Assembly: GCF_006345805.1 (NCBI RefSeq)
Contig: NW_021835504.1
Span: 2,599-66,598 of the forward strand
Direction of reading: 5' to 3'
DNA from: Octopus sinensis
Taxonomy: Eukaryota
DNA: 64,000 nucleotides
Part shown: positions 24,430 to 37,519 of the stretch, in pieces
How positions within the stretch are numbered: the stretch's first letter is position 1
Layout: every line of letters starts with the position of its first letter
Position numbers and translations under genes: made by a program
Notes under the pieces: model-generated
Database searches by the model: none
The model's input: the letters and a program-made list of their open reading frames with translations, nothing else
Told to the model about the DNA's origin: nothing

Positions 24430-26265
24430 CATTTAAAATTCCAACATGTAATCGCACAAAGATTTATCTACAAAGGATTATCTCCTGGCCATCCGGGTAC
24501 TCGACGAATATTTCTTTGAGGTTTTCTTTCCTCGTTAAATAATTCTCAGTAGTAGGTTTTCATGCGCTGCTATTACACTTTCAATCAAAGTCATTCATAG
24601 TAAATTGATCCAAGACTTCTTTAGTCTTGGCGATGATTTTACAAAAGAATTCAGGAGAAATAATTTCTGGTGTTACTCGCTCAACAGTTGGATCGTCAGA
24701 TTCATTAAGGAAGCATAACTCTGCTAAATCAAGCATATTCTCAAGATGAACTCTCGTCACGCGGCCCTTTAATCTCCTTCAATCCTGCAGTGTTATTTTT
24801 ATATCCTCTCTCCATTGGCCAACTCAACGATGTCATTGACGATTACTGATACCATTTCTTGTTGTTTTTGTTTGTTCCTTCTCGAGCTATGCTTGGCTCA
24901 TAAGGGCCGGTTTCCCGGTTTCCTTGGCATATAGGTTCCCCATCTGGACGGGACACCGGTCCATCGCAGGTGAGCTGCAAGATGCAGGAGGAAAGAGTAA
25001 GAGAAAGTTGTGGTGAAAGAGTCAGCAGAAGTTCGCCATTACCTTCTGCCGGAGCCGCGTGGGGCTTGGGTGTTTCGCTCATAAACACACACTGAGATTC
25101 GAACCCGCTAGCCCTCGACCGTGAGTCCGCTGCTGTAACCACTAGGCCATGTGCCTCCACACCATTTCTTGGCATACATCCAGGATGCAATCATATTCTT
25201 GATGTCACACCGCTCGACTGTGAAACAATAACTTTCCAGGAAATCATTGCGTTCTTTGTAAAATCGCAGAATGTTATTTCAAACTTACAATAAAATAACA
25301 GTTTCTGTCAAAATGACTTCATTGTTACCAGTAAAGGTGACTTGTTTAAAAGACCTTCTTCTCCACTTCCTTCTGCAAGTCTAATTTACCTTAGGGTTCA
25401 TGCTTACGTTATTTAAAATATCCTTTCACTGGAGGATAAATGTATGACACATCCCAACCTGTGGAGATTTCTGTTATTACCCGGGCTTTATTTGTTTGAT
25501 TTCCATTCCCACAAGTCTTTATGTATTTTTGATAACACCTCCATTAGTTTTGGTGTGATTTAGAAGATAAATGACTACTAACTTAAGCTAACGTCTCTTG
25601 AAGTGTTACAACCAAGTAGTATTAGACGGTGGGTGGGGGTTATGATCTTGAAGCCAGAAGTGTCTCTTCTTCTCGAGAGAGAGGGCAGTGCATGACGACA
25701 TTTTTTCTATGGCGAAAGACCATTCTTATTTACATAGAATAGTAGAGTTGCCACGTTCAATAATGCTGTTAAGAATCTGGTGTAAATTCCTTAGTTGCTT
25801 CACGGTTTTCATTCGTAGATTCACTGGATACACATTCGCTATGTAAGTTAAACAATCAAACTCTGGCAGTTGCGCATGCCTACGAAGGATTTTCTTTTTA
25901 TAAGTGTCTGAAGACGATTTTTGATTTCTACCATTTTGTTAAACCTGGTTAATGTCTTGTTGCGTTTTGGCGTCCACCCATATAGTAAGAATATCTTTTT
26001 TTGTTTTTTAATGTTCTCTTTGGCCGGGTCACTTTTAACTAGCAACAATGACGCCACTATGGCAGCAGTTCCTATTCAGATTACTACATTTTTGGCGCTG
26101 GTTGATGTGACCAACTTTAAAGAGTGACCTAAATATACACACTTGACATTCGCCAGCTTCTAATGGCCTCAACACTTGAAGTTTTACATCCACTGTGACG
26201 GTTTTCCTAAACACTTTAAATGGGCTTTAAGCACTTGCTGATGTTGGCCCTTCTCCATTCATAAT
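24430..26265 (-). pseudogene. Decayed Tigger/pogo-type DDE transposase
   Basis: Minus strand has an N-terminal HTH (RKTVTVDVKLQVLRPLEAGE), then SGFK...RLILLGCNTSRD and WKSNK-KARVITEI..GW....PPVKGY, with many stops and frameshifts. Split by a SINE at 24862-25160. Confidence 0.75.
24862..25160 (-). mobile_element. SINE family E (A-type head and body, alternative tail)
   Basis: TSD ACCATTTCTTG at 24851-24861 and 25161-25171. Tail CTGCGATGGAC.GG.GTCCCGTCCAG...GAAACCGGGAAACCGGCCC. Confidence 0.92.
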
Positions 26266-26499
26266 GGCCAACAACTTTTGTAATTTCCTATAAATCTCTG
26301 CAAATTTTGGAGCTCCAGGTTTTATTCTTACGGCACATTTAAACATTCATTGTAAGACGACAACAACTTGAAGTAGATATGAAAATAATGAAACGAGAAG
26401 AGTAACGGATATAAAAAAACAAGGAACATATTCAAGAAAATAGAAAACGTAAGGACGAAACCAACGGGTATGAAATGCCAACATGAATGTACAACAAGC

Positions 26500-26790
26500 G
26501 TGTGATATACCAAAGATATCCGAGAGAAAGTCAACCAATAACAAGGGAGAACAAGGACAGTGAACTGTGTGAACTGATTATATGTGATGATATCGAAATA
26601 TAGAAATGCGACGAAATAATAAGAACGAACAGCCGCTGGCGGAATATCGGGAAGAATTCTGAGAAAGGAATTGGCTATGTGAAAAGATGAATGAAGAAGA
26701 GTAGCTTAATTTAAGAAATATTTTGGAGAAAGACGACGTTAGGGACGGTTTGGTGGCCATATGATAAGAGTTCAGAATAAACAATTTTAT
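26500..26790 (+). pseudogene. Possible very old RTE-like LINE C-terminal relic
   Basis: Weak motifs RRILR...RR...GHMIR across frames. Confidence 0.3.
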
Positions 26791-26814
26791 TTTTGATAAA
26801 CACAACCTGTGGTC

Positions 26815-26884
<70 letters not shown>

Positions 26885-27245
26885 AAGAAAGAAAGAAAGA
26901 AAGAAAGGGAGACCGAAAGAGATGAGACACATAAGCATAGGTATACATGCTTCTATGAGTGTATATATATATATATATATATATATATGCATATACATAT
27001 ATGTAAATACATAAATATATAAAAAAAAAATATATATATATATATACGTATATATATAAATACACACACATACACACATATATATATATACATACACACA
27101 CACACACGCACAAACACGCACTCACACAGGCACACACACACACATATATATCCATACATATATACATACACAGGAAGTGGACAAGATATAGATAAAAAAT
27201 AAGCTATTCACACAAACTCACTTTTTCTCTCTCTCTCTGTCTCGC

Positions 27246-27280
<35 letters not shown>

Positions 27281-27908
27281 TACTCTTTCTTACACATACA
27301 CACACAGACACACACAAACAAGCACACACGTATTAATAGAAGCACTGACTCATGCACAAACGTACACACGAACACACACATACATGAACACACCTACGCA
27401 CACACACTAACATACACACACTAACACACACACTAACATACACACACTAACACACACACCACGCGAACAAACAAACAAACAAACAAACCAAGCACATTAC
27501 AACACGTAAATATAAACCATCTGAGAGAGAGATTACACATAGATCCACCGAACATATCCCAGCATGCTGTTACGGTCTCGTTGAGATAATGTCGTCCCAG
27601 AATGATATTCAGACAAACACAGAGAGATAGCAACAAAATGGTGGAAAAATGGGGATAAAGGAATTACAATGGAAAACATTTCAATAACAATCGCTTAACA
27701 AGTTGCCGAAACACTTATGTGATAGATTTGAGGGCGAGGGGGGAAGGAATACCACATATAAATGAATATGTATTTGCACACAGCGCATACAAATGTGTAA
27801 CAATATCAATGAGATCTATGTGTATTGCATATGTGTGTGTACGCATATATATATATACATACATATATATACATATGTATATATACATATATATATATAG
27901 TGTGTATG

Positions 27909-27964
<56 letters not shown>

Positions 27965-28193
27965 CATACATACACATGTATATGTAAGTATCCGCGTGTT
28001 ATATTATATATATGTATGTATAAATATACATATATATATCATGTATAATTTGTAAATATGTACAGAGAGCATGTAGTGTATAAAAATGTATATATGTATA
28101 TATATATATGTGTATTTTTGTATACGTATATATATAAGCATATATACTTTAGTGTGTTTGTATATCTATATATATATATCTATATATATATGT

Positions 28194-28247
<54 letters not shown>

Positions 28248-28750
28248 GTATATAGGTATTATACGTATGCCATATAATATAAATATATATACAGTTATAT
28301 ATATATACGTACGTACATACATACATTCGTACAACATACAAATTTGTCTATTGTAGGCGTTGTCCATATATACATACATACGCACACACACACACACACG
28401 CACACACACACACGCACACACACGCACACACACACATATATATATATACATACATATATATATATATGTGTGTGCGTGTGTGTGTACGTGTGTGTGTGTG
28501 CGTGTGTGTGTGTGCGTATATATATACATATGTATATGTATATATATATATTTATAATTATACATGTATATAGGTATATACATACACACACATATTCATA
28601 TACATATCTTTACACATAAGAGACAGCAAGCATATTTCCAGAGAAAAGAGACGGATGTACATGCATAAAATATGTGTACTGTGTGTGTGTATATGTTTAT
28701 GGTGTTTATGTTGAATGTGTATGCGTGTTTATGTGTAAGTCTCTCCATAT

Positions 28751-28843
<93 letters not shown>

Positions 28844-28914
28844 TATATGTATATATGTATATATATGTATATATATATATATATTATGATATATAAACGT
28901 GGTTATATTATATA

Positions 28915-29112
28915 TGTGTGTATACCGTGTGGCGATTTTTTCCCTCTGTCTTCCCTTCCCTGGATCTTTCCTTCTCCTATGTTTCCGACGAAGAGCTCCG
29001 CTCGAAACGTTAAACCCTCCTTCTTTCCTTCTTTCCTGAGCGTCCAATAATACTATATTTGTTCCACGTCCTCGCTTGTTGTGTTTTTTTGTGCTTTCTT
29101 GTTTGGATTAAC

Positions 29113-29115
<3 letters not shown>
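28915..29115 (+). mobile_element. Penelope-like terminal repeat fragment between (TA)n tracts
   Basis: Contains the hammerhead-like motif. A second, deleted copy lies at 8635-8720. Confidence 0.65.
28981..29015 (+). ncRNA. Minimal type-I hammerhead-ribozyme-like motif (variant core)
   Basis: GTTT / CCGACGA / A / GAGC-TCC-GCTC / GAA-ACGT-T / AAAC. Stem I GUUU:AAAC, stem II GAGC:GCUC, palindromic stem III ACGU. Core has U4C and an extra A. Activity unknown. Confidence 0.55.
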
Positions 29116-29143
<28 letters not shown>

Positions 29144-29379
29144 TATATAGTCATTTTTGTTTTATGGTTGACTTGCTTCAGAGGTTGAATTGCAGCCATC
29201 TTGGGACACCGCCTTGAAGGTTTTAGTCGACAAGTTTGGTACTTAATCTATCTGTCACTTTTACCGAACTTCTAAGTTGACGAGTCCCTTAATCCTTTAG
29301 GGGTCGTTGGGGCGCTGCAGCCATGGAACGTATGTAGAGTGAGAAAGCCTACCGAAGCCCATCCCTCTCCAAGCTAAAC

Positions 29380-30172
29380 TCCGTTTTGCCAGCTGAGTGG
29401 ATTGGAGCAATATCAAAAGAAGTATTTTGCGCAAGAACACGTGTCGCTCGGTCCAGGGACCGAATCCACAATCTTACGGTCTTAAATCCAAACCCTAACT
29501 ACTAAGCGATATGCCTCCTCTAATGCTACTCGTTTCAACAACGTGAAGTGAAGTGTTTTGTTCAAGAACACAACACACCGCCCGTTTCAGAAAGAGAAAT
29601 CACAATCTTATTTCTTTATTGCCTACAAGGGGCTAAACATAGAGGGGGCAAACAAGGATAGACAAAGGGATTAAGTCGATTACATCGACCCCAGTGCGTA
29701 ACTGGTACGTAATTTATCGACCCCGAAAGGATGGAAGGCAAAGTCGACCTTGACGGAATTTGAACTCAGACAAAATATATCGCCAAGCATTTCGCCCGGC
29801 GTGCTAACGTTTCTGCCATTTCACCGCCTTCTTACGAAACCATAATCTAACGATCGTGAGTCCAACACCCTAACCACTAAGCCATGCAGCTCCACAACTG
29901 CTAAGTCAAAGGAACGTAAACAAATCAGAACCAGTTATGAAGCGATATTGTGTAGGATGAACACACAGACACACCACACACACACACACACACACACACA
30001 TTTATATATGACCGGTCTCTACGCAGTTTGCGTTTACGAAATTCTTTCTCAAGGCTTTGATCGGCTAGGGGATGTAGTAGAAGACACTTGCCCAAAGTGT
30101 TGCGGAGTGGAACTGAACCCGGAACCATGAAGGTGGAAAACTATCTTCTTAACCTCACAGCCCTACTTGCGG
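29380..30172 (-). mobile_element. SINE cluster: D fragments, nested full SINE B (29610-29830), partial SINE C (~29897-30172)
   Basis: Each block matches other copies of families B, C and D in the window. Confidence 0.8.
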
Positions 30173-30223
30173 CTATAATATATAGTTGGCCAATACAGAA
30201 GAACGTCGCAGTGCGTTTGCGTA

Positions 30224-30504
30224 TACTCTTTATACTTTTACTCTTTTATTTGTTTCAGTCATTTGACTGCGGCCATGCAGGAGCACCACCTTTAGTCGAG
30301 CAAATCCACCCCAGGACTTATTCTTTGTAAGTCTAGTACTTATTCTATCGGTGTCTTTTGCCGAACTGCTAAGTTACGAGAACGTAAACACACCAGCATC
30401 TGTTGTCAAGTGATGTTGGGGAGGACAAACACAGACACACAAACATATACGCACATATACATACATACTCACACACACACACACATACATATATATATAA
30501 TAAT

Positions 30505-30561
<57 letters not shown>

Positions 30562-30736
30562 TATAGATATATACGACAGGATTCTTTCAGTTTCCTTCTA
30601 CCAAATTCACTCACAAGTCTTTGGTCGGCCCAAGACTATAGTAGAAGACTTTTGCCCAAGGTACCACGCAGTGGGACTGAACCCGGAATCATGTGGTTGG
30701 TAAGCAAGCTACTTACCACAGATCCACTCCTGCGCC
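30224..30736 (-). mobile_element. SINE family C, full length
   Basis: Tail (TACTCTTT)n, head GGCGCAGGAGTGG...TGTGGTAAGTAGCTTGC, internal microsatellite. Confidence 0.92.
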
Positions 30737-31345
30737 TATATATCAGAGTTTATACATATATACAACTTTATACATATAGAGACAAAGTGAGAAGAGTGGA
30801 AGAGAAAAGATAGACAGACAAGAAGATACATGTGTGTAAAACGTCACAAGAGCGGAACCACCCGTTGATGGATATCTTTTATAAGGTAAAGGGGTCAAGG
30901 CAAAAGACCCCCATTTATATTCATTTAATGCATAAGATAAATAAATAAATATTAATTATTTCATATAATAAAATAGGACAGTGAGAATTATTACAAAACA
31001 ACTCTACTAATAGAAAAATGGCGGAAGAAAATGGCGGATAAGTGAATAACTACATAACGAGGCAAAATAATGGCCGCCAACAGAGGGTTTTGATGATTGT
31101 AATAATAGAATTATTACTAACTGTTAATTATTTGTTTTGTTTTTGTTTTTTTAATGACAAGTGTTCACTCAATGGTGTCATTGATAGATTTGATGTCCAT
31201 ACCCAATTGCGTTCCATTCATCCACATTTGTAATATTATACATACGTGTATGTGCGAGCAGATACATACATAAACACACACACATATATATATTATATTA
31301 TATATATATAAATACACAATACAACATTATATATATATATATAAG

Positions 31346-31383
<38 letters not shown>

Positions 31384-32117
31384 CATATATATATAAACAT
31401 ATGTATCTGCTGCTTTCCTTATCACTCTCTCTCCATCTCCCTCTCTCTCTCTCACTGTACATACTCAGCCCACACATGTATGTTTTGTGTGTGTGTGTAT
31501 ATACATATACAAATACACACATAGTAGAAACAATGGATACGGAAGGCAGAGTATACTGGAAGCTTTATTTATCACAACGATCGTTTCGACACATCCTGCA
31601 TAGCTCCCTCGTGAATGGGAAACTACAGATATACATACATGTATATATGTGGGGAGGGGTTGCTATGTGCATGACTGTGGCTGCTACTGGATGTGCATCT
31701 CTGAGATTGTATCTATGTATGTATATACTTACGTGTGTGTCTTTGTGCTTATGTTCGTACCCCGTCCCCACTCCTTGATAACCGGTATTAGTTTATTTAT
31801 ATCCACTAACTCACCGTAATACGTCGATTGTGCAAAAGAGACCGATAGAATAAATTCCAGACTTAGAAATAAAATCCTGGGGGTCGATTTATGCGAATAG
31901 AACTTTCAAGGTGGTGCTCCAGCATGGCCAAAGTTAAATCACTGTAGGAAGTGAAAGACAAAACATGGTTGAGTCGATAAAATAGGATTTGACTACACCT
32001 CCATTTTGAGCACAGTTTAAGCTATCTTTTCATGGAAGAAGGTTTATATTCCTATAACCTGTGTTAATTCTGTAACCCTTTAAAATGGAAGATAAGAAAG
32101 TTCATTTTCGGTACTTG

Positions 32118-32467
32118 ATGCTTTGGGAACCTGACAAAAATTGCTGCAGTTTCGGCCTGAGATGTGTTACCCCCACCTCCATATTCACCAGACATGCTCT
32201 TTCGGATTTCCACTTAGTCAGGTCTATGCAGAATAGTCTAATGGTAAAAAATTTCAATCCTTGATGACGTAAAAAATACCTTGATGAATTTATTTGCCAT
32301 GAAACCACCTCAATTCTGGAAGAGGGTTTTTCAAGTTAAAGGAAAAATGGAGACCCATTGTGCAACAAAATGGTTCATATTTGGTTGATTAAAATTGTAC
32401 TGGCAAGTATTTATTGGCCTTTTTGTTTCCTTTAAAAATCGGCACGAACTTTCCGGACAACCCAATA
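32118..32467 (+). pseudogene. Mariner transposase C-terminal relic with right TIR
   Basis: QKLLQFG*DVLPH(P)PYSPD..SDFHL.RS.QNSL...IVQQNGSYLVD*. TIR CGGCACGAACTTTCCGGACAACCCAA plus TA. Confidence 0.85.
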
Positions 32468-32488
32468 CTTCACGGTATTTCATCCACT

Positions 32489-32721
32489 AAGGCGGCGAGC
32501 TGGCAGAAACGTTAGCACGCCGGACAGAATGCTTAGCAGTATTTCGTCTGTCTTTACGTTCTGAGTTCAAATTCCGCTGAGGTCGACTTTGCTTTTCATC
32601 CTTTCGAGGTCGATTAAATAAGTACCAGTTACGCACTGGAGTAGATGTAATGGACTTAATCCCTTTTTCTGTCCTTCTTTGTCCTCTCTGCGTTTAGTCC
32701 CTTGTGGGTAGTAAAGAAATA
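32489..32721 (+). mobile_element. SINE family B, full length
   Basis: TSD-like GGTATTTCA(T/C)CCAC at 32474-32487 and 32722-32735. Confidence 0.93.
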
Positions 32722-32746
32722 GGTATTTCACCCACCTGTACATTCT

Positions 32747-32973
32747 TACGAAGGGGTACTGAAAAATTATTGGCTTTAAAGGTGTCACGAAAGGCCTGGC
32801 TGGAGGTCCAACCTTCCGATTTTTTTTAATTTTTCATGGCTTAGAAAAACTGAAGGACCACTGAAATGAGTGTATGAATCTGTGGGGAGAATATGTTGAA
32901 TAAAATCATAATTAACTGATCCTCCTGTATTTTCTTTTATCCAAAGCCAGGAACTTTTCGGCACCTTCTCGTA
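32747..32973 (+). mobile_element. Mariner-derived MITE
   Basis: TA-CGAAGGGGTACTGAAAAATTATTGGCTTT ... AAAGCCAGGAACTTTTCGGCACCTTCTCG-TA (imperfect TIRs, TA duplication). Second copy at 8985. Confidence 0.8.
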
Positions 32974-33320
32974 GTTCAAATTCCGCCGAAGTCGACTTTG
33001 CCTTTCATCCTTTCGGGGTTGATTCAATAAGTACCAGTTGCGCACTGGGGTCGATATAATCGATTTGCCCATAGCCCCAAAGCTGCTGGCTTTGTTCCAA
33101 AATCTGAAACCAATATTTTTTGCTATTCTTAAGGCGACGAAGTGGTAGAATGGTTAGCATCGCGGGCCAAAATGCTGAGCGACATTTTATCAACCTTTTC
33201 GTTCTGAGTTCAAATTTCCGCCGAGGTCGACTTTGCCTTTCGTCTTTTTGGGGTCGATAAAATAAGTAGCAGTTGAGCACTGGCGGGGAGGGGGTCGATC
33301 TAATTTACTTACCCATTCCC
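32974..33320 (+). mobile_element. Two degraded SINE B copies
   Basis: GTTCAAATT(T)CCGCCGA.GTCGACTTTGCCTTTC domain occurs twice. Confidence 0.8.
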
Positions 33321-33627
33321 CTACTACTACTACTACTACTTACTACTACTACTACTACTCCGATTTACAATTGTTCAATTTGATCGTAGACACATTGTCT
33401 TGTTGGGGTTTTTGTTCTTCTTTAAACGAATGGCCGTTTGCTTCTGTTGTAGTGATTGTTTATAGAAAGCCCTCCGCCAAAAACGAAACAAAAGAAGGAA
33501 AGAAGGAAGGAAGGAAGGAAAGAAAAGTAAATATTTCTTTGTCACGATACATGCCGACACTACTAAAGCTTATACCTTGGTTAATCTCCTCTCTCTCTCT
33601 CACCTACACACACACATATATATATAC

Positions 33628-33673
<46 letters not shown>

Positions 33674-33921
33674 TATATATATTATATATATATAGATATA
33701 TATATAAACACATATATATATAATATATATAAACTATATACATATACATATACGTATATTTATACATATACATACATACATATGTATACACATATTCATA
33801 TATATAATATATTTATATATATATATACATATATATACACATATATATACATATATATGCGAATATATGCGAAATATATTTGTATACCAATATAAACATA
33901 CACACAAACACACATATATGT

Positions 33922-33958
<37 letters not shown>

Positions 33959-34043
33959 GTGTGTGTGTGTGTGTGTATGTATATGCATATTTATGTATGT
34001 GTACATGTGTGTTTGTGTGTGTGAGAGAGAGTGTGTGTGTATG

Positions 34044-34074
<31 letters not shown>

Positions 34075-34682
34075 CTGTGTATCTATGTGTATGCATGAAT
34101 GTACACACGTACATCTTTCGTTTTTTCATTCTCGATCAAATAATTAAGATGGCCACAGTTCAAGAAAGGATGTCGTACTTTAAAAATGCATAACGCTTAT
34201 TCATATATTCACGATATTGACCTTACGACACGCGAACAGTTTCAATGAGTTTTTCACATCTCATGAGAGGTCAAAATATGCTTATATCAACAACTTAAAA
34301 CGTTATTTCTACAAGTCAAATTGAAACTAACGGAGGATCAGTGGCACAAAAAGAAATGTAGCCTGATCAGAAATTTCAAGAAAAAGGTTACTAGCGCTAC
34401 TTGTAAAGGCGGGTAGAATTGGGTGGCAGAGAAGTCCGCTTCGAACGACGTTGTTTTAGGTTCCGTCCCTCTGTGAGGAACCTCACTCAAGTGACTTTAG
34501 CTATTGCCGCGAGTCAGCCAATGCCGTGAGGTGAATTTGGTAGATGGAAACTGTGTGGAAGCTCTTGTGTCTATCTATCCATCCCTCCCTCCATCCATCC
34601 ATCCATCCATCCATCCATCCATCCATCCATCTATCCATCCATCCAACCATCTGTCCATCCATCCATCTATCCATCCATCTAA

Positions 34683-34742
<60 letters not shown>

Positions 34743-34927
34743 CCTATCTGTCTGTCTGTCTGACTGTCTATCTGTCTGTCTGTCTGTCTGTTTATCTATC
34801 TTGTCTGTCAATATGTACATATATATGTATACGTTTCCATATATATATATATATCTATGATATATATATATATAGATATATATAGATATATATATATATA
34901 TAATATATATATATATACTATATATAT

Positions 34928-35405
34928 ATTTCAAGTTGAGTAAAAAGTAAGCAACGTTTTGAAACCTGAAATTCATCTCAATATATTTCAGCAATGCGGA
35001 AATTTTATTCGTCAAAGTAAGTACCATTACAGTCAATACATTTTTGTCAACGAGTTACAAGTTTGTTTATTCAAGTAACATAAAAATCTGGAGTTCTGGA
35101 GTTGACGAACTCTTTGAACACACTTTCAAAATTGGTTTGATTGATCAACTCCTTCTCTCGCAGGAAACCATCAAGGTGCTTGAAAAAGTGGTAGTCGGTT
35201 GGAGAAAGGTCTGGGGGAATAAGCTGGGTGAGAAGAACTTCGTACCCAAGTTCCCTTAATTTCCGGAGGATCATTAGTGAAATGTATGATCGAGCACTGT
35301 CATGAAGAATGACTGACCCACTTCTGATGACCAGTCTGGGACGGAGGAGTAGCAATTCTTCGTTCATTTTGGGAATTACATGACAATATGCTTCTGCAGT
35401 AATAC
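34928..35405 (-). pseudogene. Mariner (Hsmar1/cecropia-like) transposase C-terminal relic with TIR
   Basis: ORF 35071-35496 contains ILHDSAR...LRELGYEVL...PDLSPTDYHFFKHLD...FY, then KL..R*QKC...NG.YFD and a TIR-like end. Confidence 0.9.
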
Positions 35406-35784
35406 CATTATTATTATTTACAGAATTGTAAAACTCGACATTGCTTAACAAAACCATTCGCGCGGAAAGTATATAAAGTTTATTTACAAAAAACAACTAC
35501 GAACTAATATAGTTCTTAAATTTGAGAGAAAGGAGCAGGCTGGTTCGCTGGTGTAATCAGTAACACACTTAGATGCGTTAACAAGGGAATGTAGGCTCGA
35601 GTCCCAGTCGTACGGGAAAGCCTACTTTTTTTCTGCCCCATTATTAGACTATTTTCCTTAGTCATTTGTACGGTGATTGCTATAAGCTTTAAGCTTATAA
35701 TTATAAAAAAACGCCATTATTATTATTTACAGAATTGTAAAACTCGATACCGCTCAACAAAACCATTCGCACCGAAAGCATATT
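35401..35784 (+). other. tRNA-like Pol III unit (~35543-35632) flanked by ~70-bp direct repeats
   Basis: CCATTATTATTATTTACAGAATTGTAAAACTCGA...AAAACCATTCGC at ~35405 and ~35713. A-box-like TGGTGTAATCAG, B-box-like GGCTCGAGTCC, then a T-run. Confidence 0.55.
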
Positions 35785-36437
35785 ATATATATATATATAT
35801 ACATATGTGTGTGTGTGTGTGTGTGTGTGTGAAACAAAAAAATAATGGTCAATACGTTTTTCTTTATTGCTGTAAATTTTTCCTACAGCTGTTTCCAGCT
35901 TTTGGTCCGTTATTGATAGATTTACTCAATCTGTTCATTGATTGGCTGATAAAAATTGAACGTCCTAGAAAATTAGTGCTACTTTCGTAAGAGTCGTGTT
36001 TTTGTTTGTTTTTTTTTATGTACCACAGCCTAGCGATTAACTTTGAAAAATCAATAGAATAAGTGTCAGACTTTGAGAAAAAAGTACCGTGTTCGATTTA
36101 TTCGAATTACGGTAAAAGTAGTGCTCCAGCATAGCCGCAAATTTACTGCAAATTTTATAAGCTTAAATTGTCACTTTAACGACACTGCTGTATCTAGAAA
36201 GGATACAATTCAAAATATTAAATTTCTTATGTTTTAATTATACTAGCAAATAAGTAGCGTTCTGAATTAAGCAGAAAAGAAAAGAAACGATATCGTAGAA
36301 GGGGCACACGTATAACTTTTAATTATAGCTCGCTGGTATCACACAAATTACTATGAAACCAATAAACTGTTAATGTAACACAGAAAGCATAACTTATTGA
36401 AATACCGGTGTGTATAATGCTTGTATATTGAAATACC

Positions 36438-36665
36438 TATTTCTTTATTACCCACAAGGGGCTAAACACAGAGGAGACAAACAAGGACAGACATAGGTAT
36501 TAAGTCGATTACATCGACCCCAGTGCGTAACTGGTACTTAATTTATCGACCCCGAAAGGATGAAAGGTAAAGTCGACCTCGGCGGAATTTGAACTCACAA
36601 CGTAACGCAGATGAAATACCGCTAAGCATTTCGCCGGGCGTGCTGACGTTTCTGCCAGCTCGCCG
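36438..36665 (-). mobile_element. SINE family B, full length
   Basis: 15-bp TSD GTATATTGAAATACC at 36423-36437 and 36666-36680. Confidence 0.95.
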
Positions 36666-37270
36666 GTATATTGAAATACCGGTGTGTGCGTATATATACT
36701 TATAATATATATACAAGCGTTGAACTGTAATAGCTAAGATATTTTATTTCAGATAAAAATGCTCAAAGAGATAGAAATATTACCTTTCTAAGAGATATTT
36801 AGAAATGTAATATTTCTATTTTGTAGATCAGTGAATGCATTTCATTTGAAATTCTGTAATCTTTCAACAGCAGATTAGCAGCGACATCTAGCAAGGCCAA
36901 GCTACTCCAGACTGCTGAAGGGCAATAACTTTGAAACTAGTCTCTAAATGTTGGCTTTGCTGGGTGGAGGTGCTTATCTCCTCTGTTTGAAAACTCAAGG
37001 ACACAGAACGCTTCTGTCTCGTAGCAAACTAGAAACGGTGTTTCTTGGGGCTAAATAACAGTAACATTCTTCCCTTTCCTGGACTGCCAGATTAAGTTGG
37101 CAACAAGCCATCGCTTTCTCAAAGAGAGTCTTTGGTTAAAATACACGGAGCTCTGCCCAGGAAATAAATGCATTGCCAAGCATTGTTTTGACTCGGTTTG
37201 GTATCTTCAGTGACGTTCTGAACTAAAACGAAAGTGCTTGTTCCGATACAGAAATCCGTAAACAAAAGCT

Positions 37271-37432
37271 GCAGGCATTGGTGTGTGGTAAGAAGCTTGC
37301 TCTCCTACCACATGGTTCCGGGTTCAGTCCCACTGCGTGACATCTTGGGAAGGTGTTTTCTACTATTTCCTCGGGCTGTCTAAAACATTGTGCGTGGATT
37401 TGCTCAACGGAAATTGAAAGCAGGCCATCGTA
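37271..37432 (+). mobile_element. SINE family C, 5' half ending in a (TG)n tract
   Basis: CCACATGGTTCCGGGTTCAGTCCCACTGCGTG head. Confidence 0.85.
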
Positions 37433-37438
37433 TTAATG

Positions 37439-37471
<33 letters not shown>

Positions 37472-37480
37472 GTGTGTGTT

Positions 37481-37519
<39 letters not shown>

